Positions 10,897 to 21,346 of a DNA stretch of 64,000 nt are shown in pieces. Made by a program: the position numbers and the translations under genes. Location of the stretch: positions 320-64,319 of the forward strand of contig CAYXPR010000007.1 in the NCBI GenBank assembly GCA_964467255.1. Reading direction: 5' to 3'. The DNA comes from an uncultured Rickettsiales bacterium. Its GTDB lineage: Bacteria > Pseudomonadota > Alphaproteobacteria > Rickettsiales > RGZB01. The notes beneath the pieces were generated by a model. That model worked only from the letters and a program-made list of their open reading frames with translations. It made no database searches and had not been told where the DNA came from. Position 1 is the stretch's first letter. The number at the start of each line of letters is the position of its first letter.

Positions 10897-11083
10897 AAAA
10901 ATCGTATTACCGCATTACTTATGTGCCAATTAACATACTCATATTGAAGATATATTTCTACTTTAATATTGGCTTTTAAATTGTTTCAGATACAATATTC
11001 CACTGTATAGGGACCAAGTGTATCAAAAAATAGTTAAAATTTTACTAAATATTGTCATTTTTTAACTCCCATCTGAAGGCAAC

Positions 11084-11839
11084 ATGGCCAATAAATCTGT
11101 GGAAAATAGTAGTCCAATCAGCATCTACGAAGAAATAACCGCGCAAATTAAAACCGGTGAGTATTTCAAGGACGCGCTTGATTGGTATACCATCAAGTTT
11201 ATTCAGCCCGTTACCCACCGCTCGTTTTTTATTCTAGTCACCATTGTTTCGGTTATCACATCTATATCATCTCTGATGATACTGAACTCCATATTACCCG
11301 TGGTTCAGGTTTTACCCATCGTCATGCCGAACAAAGCAATGGCCGATTACCGTTTTGAGCTCCGCCAAATCGGACAAAAAGAAGAAAATCCAAATGTATC
11401 CGTGATAAAATACCTCAGTGGTAAGTATATCCAGATTCGCGAGGACTATAGTTTCTCACAGCTTCCTATCGACTTGGAATATATTAAGAAGTTTTCAACA
11501 GAGCAGGAATACGAGCGATATGTCGCCTTTATGAAGCCTGACAGAGTCGACAGCATGATTTTGAAGTATCGCAACCATACCAAGCGTGTAATTGAAATAA
11601 AAGAAGTGGTAGTTTTGCCACGCACAGCTGATTCGCGGCTACCGCCCAACCAACACCGGATTGCCGCTTACTTTCTGGCAAAGGAAAAGGGGCCAACCGC
11701 CAATCCTGACGCCTTATGGAAAGCAAGCCTTGATGTACGCTTCAGTGATGTAGTATTTTACAAGGACACTCAGAAGTTTGCACCAATGGATTTTGTGGTG
11801 ACCCGTTACGAAGCGCAGCAAGTGGAAGCAAAAAAATGA
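11084..11839 (+). CDS. virB8: VirB8-like (TrbF/DotI-like) bitopic type IV secretion component
   Basis: 251 aa with a short cytoplasmic N-terminus, one TM (FFILVTIVSVITSISSLMIL), then a periplasmic domain. VirB8-like landmarks: DWY..K, YIQIREDYSF, and C-terminal FAPMDFVVTRYEA resembling NPLGFxVxxY. Visibly AT-richer than its neighbours. Confidence 0.6.
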   Translation: MANKSVENSSPISIYEEITAQIKTGEYFKDALDWYTIKFIQPVTHRSFFILVTIVSVITSISSLMILNSILPVVQVLPIVMPNKAMADYRFELRQIGQKEENPNVSVIKYLSGKYIQIREDYSFSQLPIDLEYIKKFSTEQEYERYVAFMKPDRVDSMILKYRNHTKRVIEIKEVVVLPRTADSRLPPNQHRIAAYFLAKEKGPTANPDALWKASLDVRFSDVVFYKDTQKFAPMDFVVTRYEAQQVEAKK

Positions 11840-12630
11840 AAAAACACATATTTACGTATGCTTTAATGGCAAGCCTTGCAGTGGGCGCCTATGCTCCACA
11901 GGTACTGGCGCTTCAGGAAAACAAGCCTATTGCAGTAGATAAGCGTATTCGTACTTTCGTGTATGACCCAAATGAGGTGTACAAATTCGTTGGGCATTAT
12001 CGTTATCAATCAAGCCTCGAATTTTCACCGGATGAGGAAATTGCCACCGTTTCGATGGGCGATTCCCTTGCTTGGCAAGTAACCCCTCAGGGAAACCGCA
12101 TGTTTCTTAAGCCAATTGAGCCAGATGCCACCACGAATATGACGGTTGTAACCAGTAAGCGTATCTACCATTTTGAACTTTACGGCGAAGAAGCGGAGGG
12201 CATACGCGATGATGAGATGGTGTTTGCCGCCCGATTTCATTATCCCGATTCAGGCGACGCCGACCTCAAGCGGTTCTCGATAAATAAGGATATGCCTGAC
12301 ATTGAGGAAGAAGCCGAAAAATATAACTTCAATTACTCGGTTTCCGGCTCGGAGTTTATTACGCCGCTTAAAGTGTTTGACGACGGTGAATTCACCTATT
12401 TCGAGTTTAAGGACAAGAACGCTGAAATTCCAGCATTTTTTGTGGTTCACTCCGATAAAAAAGAAGCTGTTATCAACTACCGTATGACCGGAAATTATGT
12501 GGTGGTAGAGCGTGTTTCCAGCGTATTTACGCTGCGCCACGGCCCCGACATCGCCTGCGTGTTTAACGAGACGATGCCGCTACCGAAGGAAAAGCCAAAG
12601 CCGAAACGCAAGTTCCTGAACTGGTTCTAG
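11836..12630 (+). CDS. virB9: VirB9-like (TrbG/CagX family) type IV secretion outer-membrane core component
   Basis: 264 aa with a signal peptide. The N-domain pattern is DKRIRTFVYDPNEVY...GDSLAWQV...NRMFLKP...TNMTVVTSKRIYHFEL. The C-domain pattern is PLKVFDDGEFTYFEF...PAFFVV...VINYRMTGNYVVVERV. ATGA overlap with the VirB8-like gene. Confidence 0.75.
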   Translation: MKKHIFTYALMASLAVGAYAPQVLALQENKPIAVDKRIRTFVYDPNEVYKFVGHYRYQSSLEFSPDEEIATVSMGDSLAWQVTPQGNRMFLKPIEPDATTNMTVVTSKRIYHFELYGEEAEGIRDDEMVFAARFHYPDSGDADLKRFSINKDMPDIEEEAEKYNFNYSVSGSEFITPLKVFDDGEFTYFEFKDKNAEIPAFFVVHSDKKEAVINYRMTGNYVVVERVSSVFTLRHGPDIACVFNETMPLPKEKPKPKRKFLNWF

Positions 12631-12706
12631 CATAAATTCCTTGGCTTCAAGGTCGAAATCCTGTAAATAGCTTATCCCCTGATTATTTAAGGCAAAAAGG
12701 TACGTT

Positions 12707-14461
12707 ATGGAACTTTCAGGCGCTGCCCTGATCATCCGGGCACTTCATGATTGCGGCGTGGATACAATTTTTGGCTATCCCGGCGGTGCTGTGCTGCCCT
12801 TGTATGACGAAATTTTTAAGCAGAATAAAATCCGCCACATTCTGGTGCGCCACGAACAGGCTGCCGCCCATGCGGCTGAGGCCTATGCGCGTTCGACTGG
12901 CCGAGTTGGTGTGATTCTAGTGACCAGCGGCCCCGGTGCAACAAACGCCGTAACGGGCCTGACCGATGCGCTGCTTGACTCCATTCCGGTGGTCTGCCTG
13001 ACGGGGCAAGTTCCCGTACATTTAATTGGTAGCGATGCATTCCAAGAAGCCGATACGGTTGGCATTACCCGCGCCTGCACCAAACATAATTACCTAGTGA
13101 AGGACATCAACAAGCTTGAGTCCACCATTCACGAAGCATTTTACGTGGCGCGCACCGGCCGCCCCGGCCCCGTGGTGGTTGATTTGCCAAAAAGCATTCA
13201 GCTGCAAACGATTAAATATCAGGGAAGCAAAGCGAAGTTCTCGCGCCCTTCGTATCGCCCTGCGCACAAAGCCGATAGCAAAAAAGTTGCAGAAGCGGTG
13301 GCATTGATTGCTGGCGCAAAGCGCCCGATTTTTTATAGCGGCGGCGGCGTTATCAACTCTGGTGACAAAGCAACGAAGCTGCTGCGTGAGTTTGTTCGCC
13401 TGACAGGCTTCCCGATTACCAGCACGCTGATGGGCCTTGGCGCCTACCCTGCTTCTGACAAGCAGTTCCTTGGTATGCTCGGCATGCATGGTACGTATGA
13501 AGCCAACAATGCGATGCACGATTGCGACGTGATGATTAATATCGGTGCACGTTTTGATGACCGTATCACCGGCAGGCTGGATGCCTTCAGCCCCGGCTCG
13601 AAAAAAATTCATCTCGACGTGGACGCCTCTTCCATCAACAAGAACGTGCTGATTGATGTGCCACTCGTGGGTGATGCTGCCGAAGTGATGGAGCAAATGC
13701 TCGCCGAATGGAAAAAGAAAAAATATAAACCCGACACGAAGGCACTGAAAACGTGGTGGGCCACCATTGAAGGCTGGCGCGCACGCAAATCACTCGCTTA
13801 TAAGCAGAGTGGAAAAATCATTAAGCCACAATATGCGGTCGATCGCCTGAACGCGCTGATTAAAGATAAAGATGCCATCGTGACGACTGACGTCGGCCAG
13901 CATCAGATGTGGGCGGCGCAGTATTTAGGCTTTGAAAACCCGAATCGCTGGATGACTTCCGGCGGCCTCGGCACTATGGGTTACGGCCTGCCTGCCGCTA
14001 TCGGCGCGCAAATCGGCAACCCCGACAACCTCGTGGTGTGCGTGACGGGTGAAGCCTCCATCATGATGAACATTCAGGAACTTTCGACAGCCGTGCAGTA
14101 TCGCCTGCCGATAAAAATCTTCCTGCTGAACAATCGTTACATGGGCATGGTGCGTCAGTGGCAGGAACTGTTCCACGGCAACCGCCACTCCGAAAGCTAT
14201 ATGGACGCCCTGCCCGACTTCAGCGCACTCAGCAAAGCTTTCGGCATTGATGCCATCCGCGTGGAAAAACCCACCGACATGGATGACGCCATTAAAGAAA
14301 TGCTGAAAATCAAAGGCCCCGTGTTCATGGATATCGCCGTGGACCAGAACGAAAACGTGTACCCGATGATTCCGGCCGGTGCCGCACATAATGAAATGAA
14401 GCTTTCGCCCTATGATAAAGTGGTGAAGGTGGATGAAGAAGAAGCAAGGATGCAGGTGTGA
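12707..14461 (+). CDS. ilvB: Acetolactate synthase, large subunit
   Basis: 584 aa with a ThDP-enzyme N-terminus ([18 protein letters not shown]) and the [15 protein letters not shown] ThDP-binding motif. Confidence 0.95.
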   Translation: MELSGAALIIRALHDCGVDTIFGYPGGAVLPLYDEIFKQNKIRHILVRHEQAAAHAAEAYARSTGRVGVILVTSGPGATNAVTGLTDALLDSIPVVCLTGQVPVHLIGSDAFQEADTVGITRACTKHNYLVKDINKLESTIHEAFYVARTGRPGPVVVDLPKSIQLQTIKYQGSKAKFSRPSYRPAHKADSKKVAEAVALIAGAKRPIFYSGGGVINSGDKATKLLREFVRLTGFPITSTLMGLGAYPASDKQFLGMLGMHGTYEANNAMHDCDVMINIGARFDDRITGRLDAFSPGSKKIHLDVDASSINKNVLIDVPLVGDAAEVMEQMLAEWKKKKYKPDTKALKTWWATIEGWRARKSLAYKQSGKIIKPQYAVDRLNALIKDKDAIVTTDVGQHQMWAAQYLGFENPNRWMTSGGLGTMGYGLPAAIGAQIGNPDNLVVCVTGEASIMMNIQELSTAVQYRLPIKIFLLNNRYMGMVRQWQELFHGNRHSESYMDALPDFSALSKAFGIDAIRVEKPTDMDDAIKEMLKIKGPVFMDIAVDQNENVYPMIPAGAAHNEMKLSPYDKVVKVDEEEARMQV

Positions 14462-14462
14462 T

Positions 14463-16069
<1,607 letters not shown>

Positions 16070-16094
16070 GGCCACTTTATCATTCACACGACAA

Positions 16095-16125
16095 AAAAGG
16101 CTCCTTGGTAAAAGGGGCCTTTTTT
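16095..16125 (+). terminator. Rho-independent terminator after ilvC
   Basis: AAAAGGCTCCTT-GGTAA-AAGGGGCCTTTT hairpin (one mismatch) running into a T tract. Confidence 0.7.
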
Positions 16126-16139
16126 GTTAGCTTAAGGGC

Positions 16140-17021
16140 ATGGCAAAAATAAACCCCGCGAAAGCACTGGAAAGCATCACGCAGCAATTCATGCGGGATA
16201 CCGGCTATATTCCCGTTGTTGCCTCCGAGATTGAATTTTATTTAAATGGCACCATTACCGAGGCGTTTAAAGATGAGTGCTACGAACAGTTTGGTAGCAG
16301 CGGTATTCTGACTTTCGAGTTCGTGGACGAAAAGGCTGAGCATCATTATGAAATTTCACTGATGCATTTGCCCGACCCTGTGCGCATGGCCGAAGCAACC
16401 ACGCAACTGAAAACCATCATCCAGCAGGTTTCAAAAAAACATAAGCTTAATGCAACATTCGATGCAAAGCATGATATAAAAAAACCCGGCAGCGGCCTGC
16501 ATATCCATTTAAGCCTGCTGGACAAAGAAGATAAAAACCCGTTCCTTAAAGGCCGTGATGAAGAAGAAAACGCCACGATGCGCGCCGCCATCGGCGGCCT
16601 GTGCGCCATGATGCCGGAATCGATGCCGTTCTTCGCACCGCATGAAAAATCCTACGCACGCTTCACCGCTGCATTTAATGAGGATGACACCTGCCGCTAT
16701 AACAATGCGCCGGTAAACATCAGCTGGGGCGGCAACAACCGCACCACGGCAATTCGTATCCCCGCCAGCACACGCCACCCTGAAACACGGCATATCGAGC
16801 ATCGCGTGGCCGGAGCCGATGCCGACCCCGCGATGGTGATTGCCGCAATTTTAGCCGGCGTGCATTTGGGGCTCACGAACAATATTGATGCAGGTGAAAA
16901 AGTGTGGGGCAACGCATTTGAGAAGCAATATAATTTGCCGCCCCTGCCCGCGACGCTCGCGGAGGCACAGGCCTTATTTGAAAATGGAAAATTGCTGAAG
17001 CGTTATTTAGGCGAGGCCTAA
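16140..17021 (+). CDS. Truncated/minimal glutamine-synthetase-like protein (catalytic-domain core only)
   Basis: 293 aa. GS landmarks are retained: EIEFYL, GSGLHIHLSL, KSYARF, APVNISWGGNNRTTAIRIP, RHIEHRVAGADADPAMVIAAILAG. The N-terminal beta-grasp domain, part of the mid region and the C-terminal about 80 aa of canonical GS are absent. Confidence 0.6.
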   Translation: MAKINPAKALESITQQFMRDTGYIPVVASEIEFYLNGTITEAFKDECYEQFGSSGILTFEFVDEKAEHHYEISLMHLPDPVRMAEATTQLKTIIQQVSKKHKLNATFDAKHDIKKPGSGLHIHLSLLDKEDKNPFLKGRDEEENATMRAAIGGLCAMMPESMPFFAPHEKSYARFTAAFNEDDTCRYNNAPVNISWGGNNRTTAIRIPASTRHPETRHIEHRVAGADADPAMVIAAILAGVHLGLTNNIDAGEKVWGNAFEKQYNLPPLPATLAEAQALFENGKLLKRYLGEA

Positions 17022-17815
17022 CCAGCCAATTCGCGCACCAAGGTAAGCACCGCCTTCACGGCTTTTTTCGGCGCCTTCTGATTCAGCTCGATTTGCTTCA
17101 CGAGCGCAGAGCCCACCACGGCAGCATCTGCCACTTTCTGGATGCCCACTACGTCTTTGCGGGTTTTAATGCCGAAGCCCACGGCAATCGGCAAACGCTT
17201 CACTTCTTTCAGGCGCTTCACCGCCGCACCGACATCCGTCGCCTTGGCAGACTTTGTACCCGTGATGCCCGCGATGGAAACATAATACACAAAGCCTGAG
17301 GCTTCTTTGAGTACACGGCGCGCGCGCGAATCGTCCGTCGTCGGGGTGGTAAGGCGCACCAGCGCCAAATCAAGCGGGACAGAAAATTGCGTGAACTCTT
17401 TTTCTTCTTCTGGCGGCAGGTCGACGATAATCACGCCATCTACACCCGCTTTCACCGCGTCGCGCACAAAAGCTTCCGTGCCGTAGGCGTAGATGGGGTT
17501 AAAGTAACCCATGAGAACGAGCGGCGTGGTTTTATCGCCCTTTCTAAAATCGCGCACGAGGCTGAGGATACCTTTGAGGCTCGCACCGCTCTTCAGTGCA
17601 CGGCCAGCAGCAAGCTGAATGGTAGGGCCATCGGCCATCGTGTCAGTAAACGGAATGCCGAGTTCGATAATGTCAGCCCCCGCAGCAGGCAGGCCTTTCA
17701 GCAGTTCCAGCGAGGCTTCACGGCTAGGGTCGAAACCCATCACGTACGTGATAAGCCCTGCACGCTTTTCTGCTTTGAGCTGTTTGAACCGTGCGTCAAT
17801 ACGTTCCTTCGCCAC
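17018..17815 (-). CDS. trpA: Tryptophan synthase alpha chain
   Basis: 265 aa of the TrpA family. It starts immediately after the trpB stop (17816). Confidence 0.95.
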   Translation of the reverse strand: MAKERIDARFKQLKAEKRAGLITYVMGFDPSREASLELLKGLPAAGADIIELGIPFTDTMADGPTIQLAAGRALKSGASLKGILSLVRDFRKGDKTTPLVLMGYFNPIYAYGTEAFVRDAVKAGVDGVIIVDLPPEEEKEFTQFSVPLDLALVRLTTPTTDDSRARRVLKEASGFVYYVSIAGITGTKSAKATDVGAAVKRLKEVKRLPIAVGFGIKTRKDVVGIQKVADAAVVGSALVKQIELNQKAPKKAVKAVLTLVRELAG

Positions 17816-19021
17816 TTAAAGCCCCCCTAAATGGTCAGCCACGGTGAAGATGTCTTTATCGCCACGGCCGCAAATGTTCACCACAATCAGATGGTGCGGC
17901 GAAAGCGTGGGCGCCATGCGCATAACATGCGCAAGCGCGTGGCTTGGCTCAAGCGCGGGAATGATGCCTTCGGTGCGCGCACAGAGCTGTAGCGCAGCGA
18001 GGGCCTCTTTGTCAGTGGCGGAAACATAATTCACACGGCCAATATCATGCAGGTGCGCGTGTTCAGGGCCAATGCCCGGATAATCAAGCCCAGCGGAAAT
18101 GGAATGCGTCGGCAGCACCTGACCATCGGCATTTTGCAGTAAGTATGTGCGGTTACCATGTAGCACACCGACTTTGCCTTTGGCGATGGAAGCAGCCGTA
18201 TCTTTTGTGTTCACGCCCTTGCCTGCAGCTTCAACCGCATACATCTGCACCGATGTATCATCCAAGAACGGATGGAATAACCCGAGCGCGTTCGAACCAC
18301 CACCGATGCAAGCGACGAGCGAATCGGGCAAGCGGCCTTCGGCGTGCATCATTTGTTCTTTGGCTTCACGCCCGATGATGGACTGGAAGTCGCGCACCAT
18401 CATGGGGTATGGGTGCGGCCCCGCCGCCGTACCAATGAGGTAATACGTGTCGTGTACATTCGATACCCAATCACGCAGCGCTTCGTTCATGGCGTCTTTC
18501 AGTGTGCCGGAGCCAGCATCCACAGGGCGCACTTCAGCGCCCAGCAGCTTCATGCGGAATACGTTCGGCTTCTGGCGCTCCATATCTTTCGCGCCCATGT
18601 AGATAACGCACTTCAGGTTAAACAGCGCACACACCGTGGCGGTGGCAACGCCGTGCTGGCCTGCGCCGGTTTCCGCGATGATACGTTTTTTACCCATGCG
18701 GTTAGCGAGTAGAATCTGCCCGAGGCAGTGATTGATTTTATGCGCACCCGTGTGGTTTAGCTCGTCGCGCTTGAAATAAATTTTTGCGCCGCCTAAATGC
18801 TGCGTAAGACGCTCAGCATAAAATAGTGGGCTGGGGCGACCTGTGTAATGGCGATTGTAATAATCGAGCTCGGTGTGAAAGGATTGGTCCTGCTTGGCGG
18901 CTTCATACGCCTTCTCTACCTGCAGAATGAGCGGCATGAGCGTTTCCGCTACATAGCGGCCACCGTAAAGACCAAAATGCCCATCGGCATCCGGCGAGTT
19001 ATTTGAGCGACGTTCTACCAT
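17816..19021 (-). CDS. trpB: Tryptophan synthase beta chain
   Basis: 401 aa with PLP-lysine motif [11 protein letters not shown]. Confidence 0.97.
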   Translation of the reverse strand: MVERRSNNSPDADGHFGLYGGRYVAETLMPLILQVEKAYEAAKQDQSFHTELDYYNRHYTGRPSPLFYAERLTQHLGGAKIYFKRDELNHTGAHKINHCLGQILLANRMGKKRIIAETGAGQHGVATATVCALFNLKCVIYMGAKDMERQKPNVFRMKLLGAEVRPVDAGSGTLKDAMNEALRDWVSNVHDTYYLIGTAAGPHPYPMMVRDFQSIIGREAKEQMMHAEGRLPDSLVACIGGGSNALGLFHPFLDDTSVQMYAVEAAGKGVNTKDTAASIAKGKVGVLHGNRTYLLQNADGQVLPTHSISAGLDYPGIGPEHAHLHDIGRVNYVSATDKEALAALQLCARTEGIIPALEPSHALAHVMRMAPTLSPHHLIVVNICGRGDKDIFTVADHLGGL

Positions 19022-19033
19022 GCGAAACTTTTA

Positions 19034-19675
19034 CTACAGCTTCGCGCAGGTTTCCAGAAATTCCCGAACCAATTTTGGGTTCTTCACCCCTGGCTCGCTC
19101 TCAAGGCTTGAGGATGCATCCACCATCCGCGCACCCGTGGTTTTAACGGCGGTTTCCAGATTCTCACCATTCAGGCCACCGGAAAGCAGCCACGGTATGG
19201 TAAATTTGCGGTTTTTAATCAGATTCCAGTCGAACACGAGGCCGTTACCGCCCGGCAGCGTGCTATTCTCGGGTGCACGGGCATCAAATAACAACATATC
19301 AGCCACTTTGGCATACGCACCTGACATGGCAACGTCATCGCTCGAACGTACCTTGATGGCTTTGATAACCGGCACGCTGTAGGTCGCGCGAATCTCGCGC
19401 ACACGCTCAGGGCTTTCATTGCCGTGGAGTTGTAAGTAGTCCGGCTCGAAGGATTCAAATATCTCGTCAATTTCATTATCCATCGGGTCCACCAGTACGG
19501 CGACTTTTTTAATTCCCGAAGGAATGCGCGCCGAAAGCTCGGATGCTTTTTCAGGGCTGACATAGCGCGGTGATTTGCGGAAGAACACGAAGCCGATAAA
19601 ATAGGCGCCACCCTTAATGGCCGACTCAACCGATTCCGGCGTGGTAACGCCGCAGATTTTTGCTTGCACTGACAT
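19034..19675 (-). CDS. trpF: Phosphoribosylanthranilate isomerase
   Basis: 213 aa PRAI-type TIM barrel (KICGVT start). The trpF-trpB-trpA order is typical of alphaproteobacteria. Confidence 0.9.
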   Translation of the reverse strand: MSVQAKICGVTTPESVESAIKGGAYFIGFVFFRKSPRYVSPEKASELSARIPSGIKKVAVLVDPMDNEIDEIFESFEPDYLQLHGNESPERVREIRATYSVPVIKAIKVRSSDDVAMSGAYAKVADMLLFDARAPENSTLPGGNGLVFDWNLIKNRKFTIPWLLSGGLNGENLETAVKTTGARMVDASSSLESEPGVKNPKLVREFLETCAKL

Positions 19676-19678
19676 TAG

Positions 19679-20029
19679 TTACTTTACCTGTAGTAGAGCC
19701 TTGCTGGCTGGTGCGGAGTTATCGCCTGTTTGATAGCTTGCTGCAATCTTTTTCTCGGCGCGAAGCGCTTCCACTTCGTTCTTGAGCGCGTTGATGGTTT
19801 GGTCTTTTTTGCGGAGCATGAGAATTTCTTTCAGCTTTTCAATCAGCGTGAAGATGCCGCCCAGAAACACACCCACCATGAGAGTGATAAAGAAAATCAC
19901 ATACAGCGGCAGTTCGAGCGATGTTTCAAACGGAAAAAATGAAACGCCAACTTTCTGGCGGTTTGAAAGCGCAAACACAAGAACGAGCACGGATAGCGTG
20001 CCCAGCATGATCCAGCGAATCAGACGCAT
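19679..20029 (-). CDS. lapA: LapA-like inner-membrane protein (DUF1049)
   Basis: 116 aa with two TM helices then a coiled tail. Its position between ihfB and trpF is conserved in alphaproteobacteria. Confidence 0.65.
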   Translation of the reverse strand: MRLIRWIMLGTLSVLVLVFALSNRQKVGVSFFPFETSLELPLYVIFFITLMVGVFLGGIFTLIEKLKEILMLRKKDQTINALKNEVEALRAEKKIAASYQTGDNSAPASKALLQVK

Positions 20030-20041
20030 GGAAAAAACAAA

Positions 20042-20335
20042 TTACTGATTGGATGGGTGGTTGTTCACGCGTTCGCGAAGTTCTTTGCCCGCGCGGAAGT
20101 AAGCCGCATGGCGTTCGCCAAGGCGCACTTCTTCGTTTGTTTTCGGGTTGCGTGCCGTGCGTGCTTTACGCGTGCGCACTGAGAATGAACCAAAGCCGCG
20201 AAGCTCTACCCTGTCACCACGCGCGAGCGCTGCCACCACTTCACCGAAGATGGCGTCAACAACACGCGACACATCTTTCAAATAAAGATTCGGGTGTTTG
20301 GCAGAGAGTATTTTTATGAGTTCGGATTTGGTCAT
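20042..20335 (-). CDS. ihfB: Integration host factor beta subunit
   Basis: 97 aa, MTKSELI...RGFGSFS...RNPKT, aligning along its full length with IHF-beta. Confidence 0.93.
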   Translation of the reverse strand: MTKSELIKILSAKHPNLYLKDVSRVVDAIFGEVVAALARGDRVELRGFGSFSVRTRKARTARNPKTNEEVRLGERHAAYFRAGKELRERVNNHPSNQ

Positions 20336-20411
20336 GCGACCTCACTCTTTTTTATGTTAACCACACTGAAGCTAATTTTTCCTACGCTTCAGTAGGTTAC
20401 ATCATACCACC

Positions 20412-21314
20412 TTACCAGACCGACAACAAGCCCTGAGTTGAAAAGCGGCTAAAATCCAGTATTTTAGCACCACTGAAGCTCTCCATGAGGCTTTCTAAGC
20501 CCTTTTTAGGGGGGGTAAGCGGAACATCCTTAACTTTCAGCTCTTTAGCGATGCCTTTGTTGGTTTCGAGCCACGCAATCGCGTCTTTTTCATCACCCAG
20601 CGCATCCACCAGCTTGCCTGCCAGCGCCTGCGGTCCGGTATAGACCCTACCATCTGCCAGCCTGACTACTTCCGTGCGCGGCAATTTGCGCCCTGCGGCC
20701 ACCATGTCCACAAACATATCGTAAAAATCGTCAATCACTACGCGAAGGGCCTGCTCGACCTCTGGCGTGGTTTTCTCGAGCGGCGACGGTGTACCTTTGA
20801 GCGGTGAGGATTTAATAATGGTAATGTCTACACCCAACTTTTTAGCTAAGTCGACAAAATCAGCGCTTTCTAAAAGTACGCCGATGGAGCCGGTGAGCGT
20901 GCCGCGGCGGGCAAAAATCTGGTCGGCATTGACGACGGACATATAGGCCGCAGAGGTTGCAAGGGTACCCATTACAGCCACAACAGGCTTTTGTGTTTTT
21001 AAATCAGTAATCGCATCGTGATACGACTCGCCGCCCACAACCGTTCCGCCGGGACTATCGACATGCACGATAACAGCTTTGACGCGTTTGTCTTCTTCAA
21101 GGGCTTTGAGGGTTTCGAGTTCTTTCGGCTTCTCCATGATGAAGCCTTCAATGCGCACACGGGCGATGTAATCGGTTTGCGCGATGTCTTCAATGGGCTC
21201 GCCCATCAAAATCCACGCAAAAAACATAGTAATTAAAATGGCCAGACCACGCCACAGATGCAGCTGTTTCTTCAGCTTCATCCTTTCTAATAGCACATCC
21301 GCGCTAATGGGCAT
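20412..21314 (-). CDS. sppA: Signal peptide peptidase SppA (36K type, S49)
   Basis: 300 aa with an N-terminal TM then an S49 fold (VIVHVDSPGGTVVG, SAAYMSV). Confidence 0.85.
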   Translation of the reverse strand: MPISADVLLERMKLKKQLHLWRGLAILITMFFAWILMGEPIEDIAQTDYIARVRIEGFIMEKPKELETLKALEEDKRVKAVIVHVDSPGGTVVGGESYHDAITDLKTQKPVVAVMGTLATSAAYMSVVNADQIFARRGTLTGSIGVLLESADFVDLAKKLGVDITIIKSSPLKGTPSPLEKTTPEVEQALRVVIDDFYDMFVDMVAAGRKLPRTEVVRLADGRVYTGPQALAGKLVDALGDEKDAIAWLETNKGIAKELKVKDVPLTPPKKGLESLMESFSGAKILDFSRFSTQGLLSVW

Positions 21315-21346
21315 GATCTGGCCTTTTTAATGTTAAGGCTAGTAGA

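Noticed and set aside
11084-12630. A complete type IV secretion locus, or a prophage or integrative element, around virB8/virB9
   Set aside because: No virB2-7, virB10, virB11, virB4, virD4, relaxase, integrase, transposase or tRNA gene is present anywhere in the window. Only the orphan pair can be claimed.
20365-20393. Hairpin ACTGAAGC-N13-GCTTCAGT between sppA and ihfB
   Set aside because: The 8-bp stem has a large loop and no adjacent U tract on the transcribed (minus) strand. It may be a minor processing or attenuation element but is not supportable as a terminator.
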